Assembly (NCBI GenBank): GCA_038212275.1
Contig: JBBQUR010000019.1
Span: 1-64,000 of the forward strand
From: Planctomycetota bacterium
Lineage (GTDB): Bacteria > Planctomycetota > B15-G4
DNA length: 64,000 nt
Reading direction: 5' to 3'
Below the pieces are notes generated by a model. The model did not search any database and was not told where the DNA came from. It was given only the letters and a program-made list of their open reading frames with translations. Positions 10,539-19,425 of this stretch are shown one piece after another. Numbering within the stretch: position 1 is the stretch's first letter; every line of letters begins with the position of its first letter. A program made the position numbers and the translations under genes.

Positions 10539-11627
10539 ATGAGCAAGGGCGAGTTCTACGGCGCAGGCACCGCGCCGCGCACGGAGGCCGCCAGCGACAC
10601 GGCGAAGCGCACGCTGCGCGCCGCCATCGTCGGCGGCACGGGCTACGGCGGCATGGAGCTGCTGCGGCTGCTGCTCGATCACCCGCGGGTCAAGGTGACG
10701 GCCATCACGTCGCGCACCGAGACCGGCGCGCTGGGCGACGTGCACCCGCACCTGCGCGGCTTCACGGAGCTGTCCTTCACGTCCGGCCGGGCGACGGAGC
10801 TGGCGCGCAGCAACGACGTGCTCTTCTTCGCAACGCCGCACGGCGTGTCCGCCAAGGAAGCGCCCGGCGTGCTGGACGAGGTGCCGGACGTGAAGATCGT
10901 CGACCTCTCCGGCGACTTCCGGCTGGACAGCGCCGCGGCCTATCACGAGCACTACGGCAAGGTGCACCCGCATCCCGAGCGCCTCGGGGACGCGGTGTAT
11001 GGTGCGCCGGAGTGTGGCGCTCGCGAAGAGATTGGCCGCGCGCGCCTCGTCGCCAATCCGGGCTGCCACGCGCTGGCGACGATTCTCGCGCTGTGGCCGC
11101 TGGCGCAGGCAGGGCTCATCGACGGCCCGGTGGCAGTGAGTTCCGTGACCGGCAGCTCGGGCTCCGGCGCGACGCCGGGCCAGGGCACGCATCATCCCGA
11201 GCGCTTCTCCAACTTCCGGGCCTACAAGCCGCTGCAGCACCAGCACCTGCCGGAGATCGCGCGCGCCCTGCCCGGCGGCGTGACGCTGCACTTCGTGCCG
11301 CACAGCGCGCCGTTCGCGCGCGGCATCCACGTCACGGCCTTCGTGCCGCTGGGCAAGGACAACGAGGCCGCGGCGCACCACGCGCTGCAGAGCGCCTATG
11401 CGCACGAGCCCTTCGTGCGCCTCGTGCCCGGCACGCCGGAGGTGCGCGCGGTGGTGGGCACCAACTTCGCGGACATCGCCCTCGTGGCGCGCGACGGCAT
11501 CGCGGTGGTCATGGTCGCGATCGACAACCTGGGCAAGGGCATGGCGGGCACCGCCGTGCAGAACATGAACCTGATGTTCGGGCTGCCGGAGACCACGGGT
11601 CTGCGGCGGCCGGGGCTCGGGCTGTGA
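10539..11627 (+). CDS. argC: N-acyl-gamma-glutamyl-phosphate reductase
   Basis: IVGGTGYGGMELLRLL, VDLSGDFRL, VANPGC, IDNLGKGMAGTAVQNMN; start may be 10494-10539 (15-bp imperfect repeats there). Confidence 0.95.
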   Translation: MSKGEFYGAGTAPRTEAASDTAKRTLRAAIVGGTGYGGMELLRLLLDHPRVKVTAITSRTETGALGDVHPHLRGFTELSFTSGRATELARSNDVLFFATPHGVSAKEAPGVLDEVPDVKIVDLSGDFRLDSAAAYHEHYGKVHPHPERLGDAVYGAPECGAREEIGRARLVANPGCHALATILALWPLAQAGLIDGPVAVSSVTGSSGSGATPGQGTHHPERFSNFRAYKPLQHQHLPEIARALPGGVTLHFVPHSAPFARGIHVTAFVPLGKDNEAAAHHALQSAYAHEPFVRLVPGTPEVRAVVGTNFADIALVARDGIAVVMVAIDNLGKGMAGTAVQNMNLMFGLPETTGLRRPGLGL

Positions 11628-12982
11628 CGGATTCCGCAGACGGGAGCGAGGCCGCTCCGGCGGACTCCGCAAGGAAGGGGAAGGCCATGACGGCAGGTCC
11701 GGAAAGTTCGAGGACGGGAGGCAAGACGGCAGCATCCACAGCGAGCACGTCGAGCACGGCGAGTGCGGCGAGCACCGCCGGCGCAGTCGCCGGGAGCATC
11801 GCGTCGCACTGCGCCGGGAGCAGTGCGGAGGTCGCGGCCATCGAGGACCGCTGGCAGCTCCCGACCTACGCCAAGATGCCGATCGCACTCGTGCGCGGCG
11901 AAGGCAGTTACGTGTGGGATGCCGAGGGGCGCCGCTACCTCGACCTTTATGGCGGTCATTGCGTGGCGCTTGCGGGGCACTGCCACCCACGGCTCGTGTC
12001 CGCGATCCGCGAGCAGGCCGGCCGCCTGCTCTTCTACAGCAATGTCGTGTACAGCGACGTGCGTGCGCTGGCCGCCGAGCGTGTCGCCGGGCTGGCGCCC
12101 GCCGGGCTGCAGAAGGTCTTCTTCTGCAACAGCGGCACGGAGGCCAACGAGACCGCGCTGAAGCTTGCGCGCAAGCACACGGGCCGCAAGCACGTGATCT
12201 CCATGGCCGACGGCTTCCACGGCCGCACGCTCGGTTCGCTCGGCGCGACGGGCCTGTCCAAGTATCGCGACCCGCTCTATCCCGTCCCCGTGGAGCACAC
12301 CTACGTGCCCTACGGCGATCTCGACGCGCTCGCTGCCACGATGGACAAGGACATCGCCGCCGTGATGCTCGAGGCGATCCCGTCCATGGGCGGTATCCGC
12401 GTCGCGTCCGACAACTACTACCAGGGCATGCGCCGCCTCTGCGACCGGCACGGCGCGCTGCTCATCTTCGACGAGGTGCAGAGCGGTTTCGGCCGGACCG
12501 GCACGCTGTTCTTCGGCGAGCAGGTGGGCGTGCGGCCCGACCTCATCACCGGCGCGAAGGGCGTCGCGGGCGGCGTGCCGGCGGGCGTCGTCTTCGTGCG
12601 CGAGGACATCGCGGCGCGCGTGCAGCACGGCGACCAGGGCACGACCTTCGGCGGCGGACCGCTGGCCTCCGTCGCGATGGCGACCGTCGCCGACATCATC
12701 CGCGACGAGCGCCTGCCGCAGAACGCGGCGGCCACCGGCGCCTTCCTCGCGGAGCACGCCGGCGCGATCCGCGGCGTGCGCTCCGTGACGGGCCGCGGCC
12801 TGCTGCTCGGCATCAATCTCGACTGCCCCGCGAAGGACGTCGTCACCGGGTTGCGCGGCCACGGCATCCTGGCCGGCACCTGCGAGGGCGACAAGAACCA
12901 GATCCGCCTGCTGCCGCCGCTGACGCTCGCTCCCGGGGAACTGGGCCCGTTCTTCACCGCGCTGGCGACCCTGCTGGCATGA
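11624..12982 (+). CDS. argD: N-acyl-ornithine aminotransferase (class III PLP)
   Basis: YLDLYGGH, FFCNSGTEANE, FHGRTLG, IFDEVQSGFGRTG, GAKG, GTTFGGGPLA; GTG11624 or ATG11687 start. Confidence 0.92.
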   Translation: MTDSADGSEAAPADSARKGKAMTAGPESSRTGGKTAASTASTSSTASAASTAGAVAGSIASHCAGSSAEVAAIEDRWQLPTYAKMPIALVRGEGSYVWDAEGRRYLDLYGGHCVALAGHCHPRLVSAIREQAGRLLFYSNVVYSDVRALAAERVAGLAPAGLQKVFFCNSGTEANETALKLARKHTGRKHVISMADGFHGRTLGSLGATGLSKYRDPLYPVPVEHTYVPYGDLDALAATMDKDIAAVMLEAIPSMGGIRVASDNYYQGMRRLCDRHGALLIFDEVQSGFGRTGTLFFGEQVGVRPDLITGAKGVAGGVPAGVVFVREDIAARVQHGDQGTTFGGGPLASVAMATVADIIRDERLPQNAAATGAFLAEHAGAIRGVRSVTGRGLLLGINLDCPAKDVVTGLRGHGILAGTCEGDKNQIRLLPPLTLAPGELGPFFTALATLLA

Positions 12983-14088
12983 CGGCCGCCCCGGCAAGCG
13001 ATCGCGCCGCTGCGCCGCGACACCTGCTGTCGCTGCGCGACCTGCCGCAAGCCGACTGGGACGAACTGCTCGCCAGCGCCGAGCGGCTCGCCGGCCCGGC
13101 CGGGCGCCGGCCCCTGATCGCAGGGCGCCGCCTCGGCATGCTCTTCTTCAATGCATCGCTGCGCACGCGCACTTCCTTCGAGGTGGCGTGCTTCGACCTC
13201 GGTGCGCATGCCGTGTCGCTGCAGGTCGGCGGCAACGTGTGGAAGCTCGAGTCGCGCGACGGCGTGCGCATGGACGGCGAGGCCGCCGAGCACGTCAAGG
13301 AAGGCATCCCCGTGCTCGGACGCCTGCTCGACGGACTGGGCGTGCGCTGCTTCGCGGGGCTGACCGACGCTGCGGACGACGCGCGCGACCCGCTGCTCTC
13401 CGCGATCGCCGCCGTGTCCACTGTGCCCGTGCTCAACCTCGAATCCGCGATGGATCATCCGCACCAGGGCCTGGCCGATGCGCTGGCGCTGCGCCGGCAC
13501 CTGCGGGGCGAGTCGCCCGTGAGCGTCGCGCCCCGCAGCGCGGCGTCGAGCGGCGGGCCGCGCGGCTCCGACGCCGGGCGGCCCGCGCCGCGCGCGCGCG
13601 TCGTCCTGTCGTGGGCGCCGCATATCAAGCCGCTGCCGCTCGCCGTGCCGCACGCGGCGCTGATGGCCTTCGCGCGCGAGGGCCACGACATCGCGCTCTG
13701 CCATCCGCCGGGCTTCGACCTCGATGCGGGCGTGCTGACCGCGGCGCGCGCAGCCGCCGCCGCCACGGGCGGTTCGCTCTCCGTCGGCAACGACCGCCAC
13801 GGGGCGCTCGACGGCGCGCAGGTCGTGTACGTCAAGTCGTGGGGGGCGCGCGCGCACTACGGCGATGCCGCCGCGGCGGCGTCCGCCTTCGCCACGCACC
13901 GCGACTGGATGCTGACCGGCGCCGATCTCGGACTGGCGGCGTTCATGCACTGCCTGCCCGTGCGGCGCGGGGTCGTGGTCGCCGACGAGGTGCTCGACGG
14001 CGGCCGCTCGCTGGTGCTCGAACAGGCCGGCGCGCGCCTGGACGTTCAGAAAGCGACACTGTGTCGCGCCTTCGGAGTCCCCGCGTGA
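12979..14088 (+). CDS. argF: N-acyl-ornithine carbamoyltransferase (ArgF', AOTCase/SOTCase family; succinyl-type residue)
   Basis: FNASLRTRTSFE, WKLESRDGVRMDGEAAEH, HPHQGLAD, WAPHIKPLP, YVKSW, FMHCLPVRR signatures. Confidence 0.9.
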   Translation: MTAAPASDRAAAPRHLLSLRDLPQADWDELLASAERLAGPAGRRPLIAGRRLGMLFFNASLRTRTSFEVACFDLGAHAVSLQVGGNVWKLESRDGVRMDGEAAEHVKEGIPVLGRLLDGLGVRCFAGLTDAADDARDPLLSAIAAVSTVPVLNLESAMDHPHQGLADALALRRHLRGESPVSVAPRSAASSGGPRGSDAGRPAPRARVVLSWAPHIKPLPLAVPHAALMAFAREGHDIALCHPPGFDLDAGVLTAARAAAAATGGSLSVGNDRHGALDGAQVVYVKSWGARAHYGDAAAAASAFATHRDWMLTGADLGLAAFMHCLPVRRGVVVADEVLDGGRSLVLEQAGARLDVQKATLCRAFGVPA

Positions 14089-14116
14089 CCGCGCACTGGT
14101 CCTCGATACAGGAAGC

Positions 14117-15127
14117 ATGCCGATGAAGGATGCGCTGCTGCTCAAGATCCTCAAGCAGGCGCTGCCCTATCTGCGCCAGCACAAGCACCAGGTCATGGTG
14201 GTGAAGCTCGGCGGCGAGATCGCCGCCAACCCCGACGCGCTGCGCTCGCTGGCCGAGGACATCTCGCTGCTCGTGCACGTCGGCATCAAGATCGTCGTCG
14301 TGCACGGCGGCGGGCCGCAGGCCACGGAGATGTCCAAGCGCCTGGGCATCGAGCCGCTCATGGTGGAGGGCCGCCGCGTCACCGACGAGCAGACGCTGGA
14401 CGTGGCGAAGATGGTCTTCGCCGGCAAGATCAACACCGACATCCTCTCCGCGCTGCGGACGCAGGGCGTGCGCGCCGTCGGCCTCTCCGGCGTGGACGCC
14501 TTCCTCGTGAACGCCGTGCGCCGCAAGCCCACGCAGATGCTCGACGAGACCACGGGGCAGTCGCGCCTCGTGGACTTCGGCTACGTCGGCGACGTGGAGT
14601 CCGTGGACAGCTCGCTGCTCTCGCTGCTCATGGAGAACGGCTACGTGCCGGTGCTCGCGTCGCTTGGCGCCGACGAGAGCGGCGCGATCCTCAACATCAA
14701 CGCGGACACCGTGAGCTCGGTGCTGGCGCAGGACCTGCACGCCGGCAAGCTCATTTCGCTCACGGCGGTGCCGGGCGTGCTGCGCGACCGCAGCGACCCC
14801 GCGACGCTCATCCCGATGCTCACGACGGCCCAGGCGCGCGCGCTGCTGACCAGCGGCGTCATCGCGGGCGGCATGAAGCCCAAGATCGCCGCCATCGTGG
14901 ACGCGGTGGAGCACGGCGTGAAGCGCGGGCACATTCTGTCGGGCGTGCAGCACGGCAGCATCCTGCTGGAGCTTTTCACGCGCGAGGGTTGCGGCACGCT
15001 CATCGCCGGCGAGAGCGAGGCGGCCGAGGCTGCCGCTGACGCGACCTCCGCGGCCATGTCCGACGCCATCGGCAACCAGGCCGGTCGCCTGCCCGGCGCG
15101 TCGCGCACCGTGGGGCGCGGCGCATGA
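14117..15127 (+). CDS. argB: N-acyl-glutamate kinase
   Basis: VVKLGGE, VVVHGGGPQ, GRRVTD, DFGYVGDV, NINADT, GGMKPK. Confidence 0.95.
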   Translation: MPMKDALLLKILKQALPYLRQHKHQVMVVKLGGEIAANPDALRSLAEDISLLVHVGIKIVVVHGGGPQATEMSKRLGIEPLMVEGRRVTDEQTLDVAKMVFAGKINTDILSALRTQGVRAVGLSGVDAFLVNAVRRKPTQMLDETTGQSRLVDFGYVGDVESVDSSLLSLLMENGYVPVLASLGADESGAILNINADTVSSVLAQDLHAGKLISLTAVPGVLRDRSDPATLIPMLTTAQARALLTSGVIAGGMKPKIAAIVDAVEHGVKRGHILSGVQHGSILLELFTREGCGTLIAGESEAAEAAADATSAAMSDAIGNQAGRLPGASRTVGRGA

Positions 15128-16347
15128 GCGAGGTCATCGATCTGCTGCGCGAGCTGGTGGCGCTGCCCTCCGTGTCGGGCGACGAGGCCGCCTGCCGCGA
15201 CCTGCTCATCCGCTGGTTCGAGGCGCGAGGCGTGGAGGTGCGCGCGCACGGCCGCAACGTCATCGCGGTGGTGGAGGGCACGGCGGCTGCGAATCGCGCG
15301 GCGGGCGCGACCTCCGCGGCCGACGCGCGCGGCGGCGAGACGCGCGGCGGCGAGACGCGCGGCGGCGACGCGCATGGCGGCGAGGCGCCCGCTGACGCGC
15401 CGAACACCGGCGACCGCGGTCTGCTGCTCTGCTCGCACACGGACGTCGTGCCGGTCGGTCCCGGCTGGACGCGCGACCCGTGGGATGCGGCGCTGCACGC
15501 CGGCCGCATCTGGGGCCGCGGCAGCAACGATGCGAAGTCGAGCGTGGCGGCGATGGCCGTCGTCGCGGCCTCCGTCGATCCTGCGCGCCTGCACGGCCGC
15601 CTCGTGCTGGCGCTGGTCTGCGACGAGGAGACCGGCGGCGAGGGCATCGAGTCCTGCGGTAAGGACCTGCCCGCGTGCACGGCCGCAGTGGTGGGCGAGC
15701 CCACGGGGCTCGACGCATGCCCCGGCCAGCGCGGCCTGCTGCGCGCCGCCGTCGTCGTGCGCGGGCGGAGCTGCCACGCCAGCCGCCCGCACGAAGGCAT
15801 CAACGCGCTGGAGCTGGCCGCGCACGACGTGCTCGCCATTCAGGGCCTGAAGTTCCCCGAGGAGCACCCGCTGCTCGGCCGCGCGACGCTGCAGGCCACG
15901 GTCATCAACGGCGGCACGCGCCCCAACGTGATCCCCGGCGAGTGCACCATTCTCACCGACGGCCGCCCGACGCCCGCCTACGACAACGGCCGCATGCTGG
16001 CGATGCTGCGCGAGGCGGTGCGCGGTGAGGTCACGGTGAAGAGCGAGCGTTTCCGCCCCGTGGTCACGTCGCCCGAAGAGGAAATCGTCGCGCTCGCGCG
16101 CGCCGCGAGTCCGACGGGCTTGGTGCGCGGCTTCGGCGGCGTGTCGGACCTCTATCACCTGCGCCACCTGCCCGGTGTCGTCATGGGCCCCGGCACGAGC
16201 GCCGCGAGCCATGCGCCGGACGAGTGGGTGGCGATCGAGCAAGTGGAAGCGGCGGTCATTGCCTACGCCAGCATCGTCGAAGGCTATCTCGGCGCGGGTC
16301 GCAGCTCCGTCGTCCCGCTGCCTCGCGCGCAGCCCACGCCCCGATGA
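15124..16347 (+). CDS. argE: M20 family deacylase (N-acyl-citrulline/ornithine deacylase)
   Basis: SHTDVVP, GRGSNDAK, DEETGG, VGEPT, SHAPDEWV; located in the arg operon. Confidence 0.85.
   Translation: MSEVIDLLRELVALPSVSGDEAACRDLLIRWFEARGVEVRAHGRNVIAVVEGTAAANRAAGATSAADARGGETRGGETRGGDAHGGEAPADAPNTGDRGLLLCSHTDVVPVGPGWTRDPWDAALHAGRIWGRGSNDAKSSVAAMAVVAASVDPARLHGRLVLALVCDEETGGEGIESCGKDLPACTAAVVGEPTGLDACPGQRGLLRAAVVVRGRSCHASRPHEGINALELAAHDVLAIQGLKFPEEHPLLGRATLQATVINGGTRPNVIPGECTILTDGRPTPAYDNGRMLAMLREAVRGEVTVKSERFRPVVTSPEEEIVALARAASPTGLVRGFGGVSDLYHLRHLPGVVMGPGTSAASHAPDEWVAIEQVEAAVIAYASIVEGYLGAGRSSVVPLPRAQPTPR
15322..15387 (+). repeat. 15-bp in-frame tandem repeat (DARGG/ETRGG/ETRGG/DAHGG) in an argE loop
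   Basis: GA(C/G)(G/A)CGC(GC/AT)GGCGGC x4. Confidence 0.9.
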
Positions 16348-16976
16348 GCAGCGCGGGGCGGCTCGGCATGCTGTGCCTCATGACGCTGCTGTCCGCGTGT
16401 CACGCGGCGGAGGTCGATGGCGATGGCGGGGCCGTCTTGCAGCCGGTCGACGTGTCGCTCGATGGCGACGCGTCTGCCGAATCGGTGAACGCCCGCGTGC
16501 TCGCTCTCGCCGGCAGCGGCTGGCAGCCGGAGCTGGACGTGCAGCAGGCGATGAACGTGCTGGTGTCCGCTCCCTACTTCGCCACGGCGCGGACGGGACG
16601 TTTGGCGCATCCCGACCCGCAGGCCGTGGCCTTCGTGCGCGTGCTCGTCGATGCGACGGCGGCGACACGCTTCGCGACGCTTGCCGCCGACGACAACGAC
16701 TGTGCGCGCCTGTACGGCCTGTGCGGTCTCTACTTGCTCGACCGCGCGACGTTCGGCGCCGCGATGGAGCGCGAGACGGCAGCGCACGGCTCGGGCGACG
16801 TGATGTTCTGGTACGGCTGCTTCGGAACCACGGTCGACGTCGCACAGATCCTCGAGGCGCCCTTCGCCGCGAATGCCGACGTGTCGCGAGGCGGATTGCC
16901 GCTCGGACTTCTCACGCTGGCCGAAGACTTGAGCCACGAACCCTCCCTGCCCGCACGGACGAGGCCCACTCGATGA
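16344..16976 (+). CDS. Hypothetical lipoprotein inside the arg operon
   Basis: Lipobox LLSAC; ATGA overlaps with both argE and argH. Confidence 0.6.
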   Translation: MSSAGRLGMLCLMTLLSACHAAEVDGDGGAVLQPVDVSLDGDASAESVNARVLALAGSGWQPELDVQQAMNVLVSAPYFATARTGRLAHPDPQAVAFVRVLVDATAATRFATLAADDNDCARLYGLCGLYLLDRATFGAAMERETAAHGSGDVMFWYGCFGTTVDVAQILEAPFAANADVSRGGLPLGLLTLAEDLSHEPSLPARTRPTR

Positions 16977-18511
16977 CCAGACCGAAGTCACGGCAGAAGG
17001 CCGCGTCGACAAGCGTGCGTGCCGGCGCAAAGCGACGTCGCGCCGCACGCACCGGCGCTGCACGCTCGCAGGCGGCAGGCACGGAGACTGCAGGCGCCGC
17101 CGACGGCCTTCTGCGCGGCCGCTTCAGCGGCGGCGTGCACCCGGCGCTCGATGCGATCAATCGCTCGCTCGACGTGGACCGGCGCCTGTGGGCCGAGGAC
17201 ATCGTGGGCTCACTGGCGCATGCGCAGATGCTGGGCAAGGCGGGCATCCTGCCGGCGACCGCGGTGAAGCGCATCGTGGCCGGCCTGCGGAAGGTGGCCG
17301 CGGAGTTCGACGCGGGCACGTTCGCGGTGAAGCCGTCGGACGAGGACATCCACATGGCGGTGGAGCGCCGGCTCACGGAGCTCGTCGGCGAGGACGGCAA
17401 GCGCCTGCACACGGCGCGCAGCCGCAACGACCAGGTGGCGACGGACCTGCGCCTGCACCTCATGGAATCGGGCGAGACGCTGGCCGCCGCCGTGCGCGAG
17501 GTGCAGGCCGCGCTGGTCGTGCTCGCGCGTCGCGACGGCCGCGCCATCCTGCCCTTCTACACCCACCTGCAGCGCGCGCAGCCGATGCTGTTGGGCCACG
17601 TGCTGCTCGCCTACGTGGAGCTGCTCGAGCAGGACCGGCGCGGCCTGCACTACGAGGCGCGCGAATGCCCGCTCGGCGCCGGCGCGGGCGCCGGCACCAC
17701 CTTTCCAATCGATCGCGAGTTCACCGCGCAGGGCCTGGGGTTCGCCGGCCCCTCGCGCAACAGCCTGGAGTCCGTGAGCTCGCGCCGCGACGCGACGATG
17801 TTCGTTGCGGGCCTCGCGGCCTGCGCCGTGACGCTCTCGCGCCTGGGCGCGGACCTCGTGCTGTGGACCTCGCGCGAGTTTGGCTTCGCGCGGCTTGGCG
17901 ACGCCGTCTCCACGGGCAGCTCGATCATGCCGCAGAAGCGCAACCCCGACGGCGCGGAACTGCTGCGCGCCAAGGCCACGCGCGTCTCCGGGGACCTGTC
18001 ACGCCTGCTGGAGCTGCAGCGCGGCCTGCCGCTCGGTTATCACAAGGATCTGCAGGAGGACAAGCCGGCGCTCTTCGACGCGGAGGACACGCTTGCTCAG
18101 ATGCTTGCGGTCGCTGCTGCGATGCTGGCCGACGTGAGCTTCGACCACGCGCGCATGCGCGCCGCCGTGGACGAGCCCTCCGGCTACATGTACGCCACCG
18201 AGGCTGCCGACTGGCTGGTGCGGCACGGCGTCTCGTTCCGTGCGGCGCACGAGGCGGTGGGGGCGCTCGTGCGCGAGGCCGAGCAGCGCGGCGTGGCGCT
18301 CGAGGCGCTGCCGCTGGAGACCTTCCGCGCGGCGCACCCGGCCTTCGCGCCCGACGTCTATGCGGCGCTCACCGCCGAGGCCTCCGTCGCGGCGCGCCGC
18401 TCGACCGGCGGCACGGCGCCCGCCAACGTGGAGCGCGAACTGCTCCGCTGGGAGCACGAACTCGGGCTGGCCTCGGACAAGCCCGCCCGCGCCACGCGCC
18501 GCAAGCGCTGA
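16973..18511 (+). CDS. argH: Argininosuccinate lyase
   Basis: EDIHMAVE, HTARSRNDQVATD, YTHLQRAQP, STGSSIMPQKRNPD, YHKDLQEDK. Confidence 0.97.
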   Translation: MTRPKSRQKAASTSVRAGAKRRRAARTGAARSQAAGTETAGAADGLLRGRFSGGVHPALDAINRSLDVDRRLWAEDIVGSLAHAQMLGKAGILPATAVKRIVAGLRKVAAEFDAGTFAVKPSDEDIHMAVERRLTELVGEDGKRLHTARSRNDQVATDLRLHLMESGETLAAAVREVQAALVVLARRDGRAILPFYTHLQRAQPMLLGHVLLAYVELLEQDRRGLHYEARECPLGAGAGAGTTFPIDREFTAQGLGFAGPSRNSLESVSSRRDATMFVAGLAACAVTLSRLGADLVLWTSREFGFARLGDAVSTGSSIMPQKRNPDGAELLRAKATRVSGDLSRLLELQRGLPLGYHKDLQEDKPALFDAEDTLAQMLAVAAAMLADVSFDHARMRAAVDEPSGYMYATEAADWLVRHGVSFRAAHEAVGALVREAEQRGVALEALPLETFRAAHPAFAPDVYAALTAEASVAARRSTGGTAPANVERELLRWEHELGLASDKPARATRRKR

Positions 18512-18567
18512 CTCCCGCGTCGCGCGCGCCTCCGGCGCGGAGCGCTCAGGCCTGCGACACCCGCCTC

Positions 18568-19224
18568 TCAGGCCTTCGTGTAGATGATCTCGAGCGCCTT
18601 GAAGTGCTTGTCACCGCGCGCTTCCATCATCGTGTACTCGTACTGCGTGTCGCTGATCTTCTTCATGATGCTCTTGGCCGCCGTCGTGCCGCCCTGCATC
18701 GGGTTGCTGAAGGTGCCGCTCCACTTGAAGGCCTGCATCTCTTCGTCCCACGTGCCCGAGAAGTTGGCCATGCCGGTGCTCATGTTGTCGACCCACACCT
18801 CCTCGTACTCCTTCGACATGTTGTTGTAGCCCTGCAGGCCCATGCCGATGAAGTCGCCCGCGGGCGTCTTGCTCGTGAAGTTCTCGACGAGGAAGCGGCC
18901 GTCCATGATCATCGCGAAGCTGGCCGTTCCCGTGGACTCGACCGGCGTCGCGCCGGCGCGCTCCATGGACTTGATCCTGGTGGTCCAGTTGCCCACCAGC
19001 GCCGCGAGACGCTTGTGCGCGTCGCCGGGCATCATTGCCTTCATCATGAGGGCGGCGCCCGGCTGATCCTGACCTGCGGCGGGCTCCCCGGCGGCCTGTC
19101 CCGCGGGAGGATTCGCGGCTCCCGGTGCGTGCTCCTTCGCCGTCGCGTCCTGGGGCCAGGCTGCCGTCAGCACCAGGGTCAGGGCAGAGCAGGCGACACC
19201 GGCGATCACGTATCCGAACTTCAT
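18568..19224 (-). CDS. DUF1579 family secreted protein
   Basis: GAGGAG RBS; signal peptide; PGDAHKRLAALVGNW, MDGRFL, GYNN...WVDNMSTG, EIIYTK. Confidence 0.8.
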   Translation of the reverse strand: MKFGYVIAGVACSALTLVLTAAWPQDATAKEHAPGAANPPAGQAAGEPAAGQDQPGAALMMKAMMPGDAHKRLAALVGNWTTRIKSMERAGATPVESTGTASFAMIMDGRFLVENFTSKTPAGDFIGMGLQGYNNMSKEYEEVWVDNMSTGMANFSGTWDEEMQAFKWSGTFSNPMQGGTTAAKSIMKKISDTQYEYTMMEARGDKHFKALEIIYTKA

Positions 19225-19310
19225 CCCGATTCTCCTCGAGTGGTGCTGGGGGGCCGAGGCGCTTCCTCGTGCCCGGTGAGAAGCGCGGGAGTGTAGCAGC
19301 AATCTCCGGA

Positions 19311-19346
19311 GCCCCCGGTGCGCGTGCGGCCCCCGGTGCGCGTGCG
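19311..19346. repeat. 18-bp direct repeat x2 in a divergent promoter region
   Basis: GCCCCCGGTGCGCGTGCG twice in tandem. Confidence 0.8.
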
Positions 19347-19425
19347 GCCGTTGCCGCCTTCCCGCCGCGGGGCGATTCGCAGGGGCGACTTGCCGGCGCA
19401 ATCCCATGGCTACAATCGCCGGACC

